The notes under the pieces: model-generated | What the model saw: only the letters and a program-made list of their open reading frames with translations | Databases searched by the model: none | What the model was told of the DNA's origin: nothing | DNA from: a virus | Taxonomy: Duplodnaviria; Caudoviricetes | DNA: 27,677 nt | Virus record (IMG/VR): IMGVR_UViG_3300020044_009142 | Location: 1-27,677 of that record | Reading direction: 5' to 3' (one strand) | Part shown: piece by piece, positions 25,920 through 27,677 of the stretch | Position numbering within the stretch: position 1 is the first letter of the stretch | Layout of the letters: every line of letters starts with the position of its first letter | Position numbers and translations under genes: made by a program

Positions 25920-26192
25920 ATGGAAGCCATGAAGACAGACACACCAGAAACAGACGGGGAGTGGAATCGGCTCGCGTGCCAAGACCACCCCGAATTTGAA
26001 AGGAACCTAGCCAATTTCACCCGCAAGCTGGAACGCGAGCGCGACCAATGGAGGAATGAGCACGACCGAGTGGTGCGTGAGTTCCAGCACCGGCTGATGG
26101 TGGTCGGGATGTCCGTGATCGAGGCAACCAGTTATCCAGAAAGCTCAATGGGTGACGGATCGCCCGATACTAACACTCAACCAACAAAATAA
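25920..26192 (+). CDS. Hypothetical TPETD/ERERD-motif protein
   Basis: 90 aa, alternative start at 25929; shares motifs with the 24946 ORF. Confidence 0.7.
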   Translation: MEAMKTDTPETDGEWNRLACQDHPEFERNLANFTRKLERERDQWRNEHDRVVREFQHRLMVVGMSVIEATSYPESSMGDGSPDTNTQPTK

Positions 26193-26389
26193 TGCCACTA
26201 CCACCAACACCCGCCGACAGCCCAGTCACCTATGGTGCATCGCTTGTGATCCCAACAAACCCATCGTGGGCAAACAGTCCGATCCATCAAGAGGTTCAGG
26301 AGTGGGAGGAGAAGTCGATCCGCGCTCAGGATGGGCGCATCTGCAAATGCGAGGACGCGCCCTGCTGCGGGTGCTACTCTATTGACTGA
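26192..26389 (+). CDS. Small protein with a CxCEDAPCCGC metal-binding motif
   Basis: TAATG coupling; last gene before a terminator. Confidence 0.7.
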   Translation: MPLPPTPADSPVTYGASLVIPTNPSWANSPIHQEVQEWEEKSIRAQDGRICKCEDAPCCGCYSID

Positions 26390-26408
26390 AGATCGCAACC
26401 AATCGATC

Positions 26409-26443
26409 AAGCCACCTCGCTCACAAGGCGACGGTGGCTTTTT
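26409..26443 (+). terminator. Rho-independent terminator
   Basis: AAGCCACC-TCGC-loop-GCGA-C-GGTGGC followed by TTTTT. Confidence 0.8.
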
Positions 26444-26444
26444 C

Positions 26445-26737
26445 ATTAGGGGTCCCAATGAAAAATTAGGGGTGTTTTTTGACCCCTAATGCTCTGTGAT
26501 CCTTATAGAATATAGGAAAAACCGATGCTCTTAGGGGTCTTAGGGCTATTTCCTACTTCAATAGAAAATAAAGAGAATACAGGATATTGGGGGGCAAATC
26601 AGTAGGCATTGAAAATGCGTGGGAACTGGCAAATACCCCTAAGACCCCTAAGAGCTGCCATCAAACCCTTATAGAATATAGGAAAAAATGGCTTAGGGGT
26701 AGTTTTGACCCCTAATGATTTGGGGCCGACCCCTAAT
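26445..26737. repeat. Symmetric TTAGGG(G)/CCCCTAA iteron array; probable replication origin
   Basis: Ten copies of the motif, a 25-bp inverted repeat (26527-26551 / 26631-26655, 24/25 match), a 21-bp direct repeat (26501-26521 / 26667-26687) and a partly AT-rich central spacer. Confidence 0.8.
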
Positions 26738-27097
26738 TGCCACCCAATTACCACTCACCTCACCCCCAAACGCACATGAGCGGCACATAAGCACCCAGCC
26801 AGTGCAAGCCCCGCCAAGGCACCGTCACGACCCAGCAAAGGCACAGACAACCGGCCAGCAGGCCCAGCACAAGCCCGGCACAATGGGTCCCACTTTCTGG
26901 AAGAGAATGTCAAACGCCCGCCCGACCGCCCAGCCACCCACTACATATGGTGGTGCCAATGTGCCGACTCACAAAAAGCCGAGTCAATTACATCTCCTGC
27001 TAGACAACAACGCCGTGGAACACGCCTAGAATCTGGGCTGCAGCGTGGAACACCGACTCCGCATTAGATACGTTGTAACAAGTCAGAGTCGCCGACC

Positions 27098-27150
27098 GGG
27101 GGGGAGGGGGTCGCGTTTTGCGCCGCCCGAAAAAGCGGGACCCTTCCCCC
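27098..27150. other. G7-A-G5 tract within an imperfect GC-rich inverted repeat; candidate packaging/terminus site
   Basis: GGGGAGGGGGTCGCGTTTT ... AAAAGCGGGACCCTTCCCC in a non-coding region between convergent units. Confidence 0.4.
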
Positions 27151-27207
27151 TGCCCTTTAAAAAATGGATAAGTGGGGATCATTGCCCCCTGTTTCGTCCC
27201 ACCTTTA

Positions 27208-27251
27208 CCATATGGGGTCCATATAGGGTCCATATGGGGTTTGCCTAGGGT
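27208..27251 (+). repeat. 11-bp tandem repeat CCATAT(G/A)GGGT x3 plus one degenerate copy
   Basis: Copies start at 27208, 27219 and 27230; TTGCCTAGGGT at 27241. Confidence 0.85.
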
Positions 27252-27258
27252 TTGACGC

Positions 27259-27292
27259 AGAAAAGCCCCGCCGGGTGAATGGCGAGGCTTCT
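27259..27292 (-). terminator. Rho-independent terminator for the rightmost - strand gene
   Basis: The - strand reads AGAAGCCTCGCC-ATTCACCC-GGCGGGGC-TTTTCT, about 20 nt after the stop at 27312. Confidence 0.7.
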
Positions 27293-27311
27293 GGGTGGTG
27301 CTGGGTGGTTC

Positions 27312-27677
27312 TCAGTATGGGTCCTGCCATTGCAGGTCGCAATCTTCGCAGATCGCTCCGAGGGTCCAGTGGTTGATCAGGATTCGTCCGCATTTACATT
27401 CGGAGTTTTGTTGGTCTTTCGGGTCCTGCTCATTCTTGGCATCATTGTTCCTCGGAATAATGTTTCGATCATCTTGCAACGTGTTGCAGAAATCAGCATC
27501 CATGAGGATGTTACAGCTGCAGGCGATGTGTGCCAGATGCGACCTGCCGGATTCAGGGTCGAGATTCTCCCCGTCCCTCCAAGCATTCAGGTGGCGCATG
27601 ATTGCGTGCACGCAGGTTGACGCGCAGACTCCGGTATCTGGCCAGTTGAATGGCCCATATTTTTCTGCGCCGTGTTG
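27312..27677 (-). CDS. dATP/dGTP diphosphohydrolase-like (DUF5664) protein, 5'-truncated by the window edge
   Basis: The frame is open to the window end: QHGAEKYGPFNWPDTGV...HAIMRHLNAWRDGENLDPESGRSHLAHIAC; C-terminal CKCG...CEDC zinc ribbon. Confidence 0.82.
   Translation of the reverse strand, partial: QHGAEKYGPFNWPDTGVCASTCVHAIMRHLNAWRDGENLDPESGRSHLAHIACSCNILMDADFCNTLQDDRNIIPRNNDAKNEQDPKDQQNSECKCGRILINHWTLGAICEDCDLQWQDPY

Noticed and set aside
26445-26737. CRISPR array or eukaryotic telomere
   Set aside because: Units are 7 bp, occur in both orientations and are irregularly spaced; there is no repeat-spacer periodicity, no tandem (TTAGGG)n and no cas gene.
26715-27248. ORFs 26715-27029, 27000-27233 and 27045-27248
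   Set aside because: They run through repeats and G-tracts downstream of terminators and have atypical composition.

Overview
About 27.7 kb of an uncultured tailed dsDNA phage, probably podovirus-like; no integrase, DNA polymerase, tRNA or CRISPR is visible. On the + strand (29-17070) are a giant, probably 5'-truncated modular virion/ejection-type protein, small and large terminase, portal, scaffold, SU10/DUF5309-like major capsid, decoration and adaptor proteins, a fibre/spike, two small membrane proteins and a CHAP endolysin. On the - strand (17060-22284) is an early/recombination operon with a Pif1-like helicase, RusA, an NGO0469/SSB-like protein and small ORFs. A divergent promoter region then leads into a VirE-N/PriCT-2/P-loop primase-helicase and small accessory genes. 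The window ends with a symmetric TTAGGGG/CCCCTAA repeat array (likely origin), a G-rich candidate packaging/terminus region and a truncated DUF5664-like dATP/dGTP diphosphohydrolase. The most interesting signal is the 2013-aa protein. It has an HExxH peptidase-like core followed by two cargo modules, each opened by an identical NRLPEPV motif. One module hides a +1-frame 58-aa nested ORF; the other has an HhH-GPD/Ogg-like glycosylase signature and is translationally coupled to a 50-aa acidic ORF. Together this suggests a cleavable injected polyprotein with effector/inhibitor cassettes (hypothesis). All family calls come from motif recognition by eye; no searches were run.
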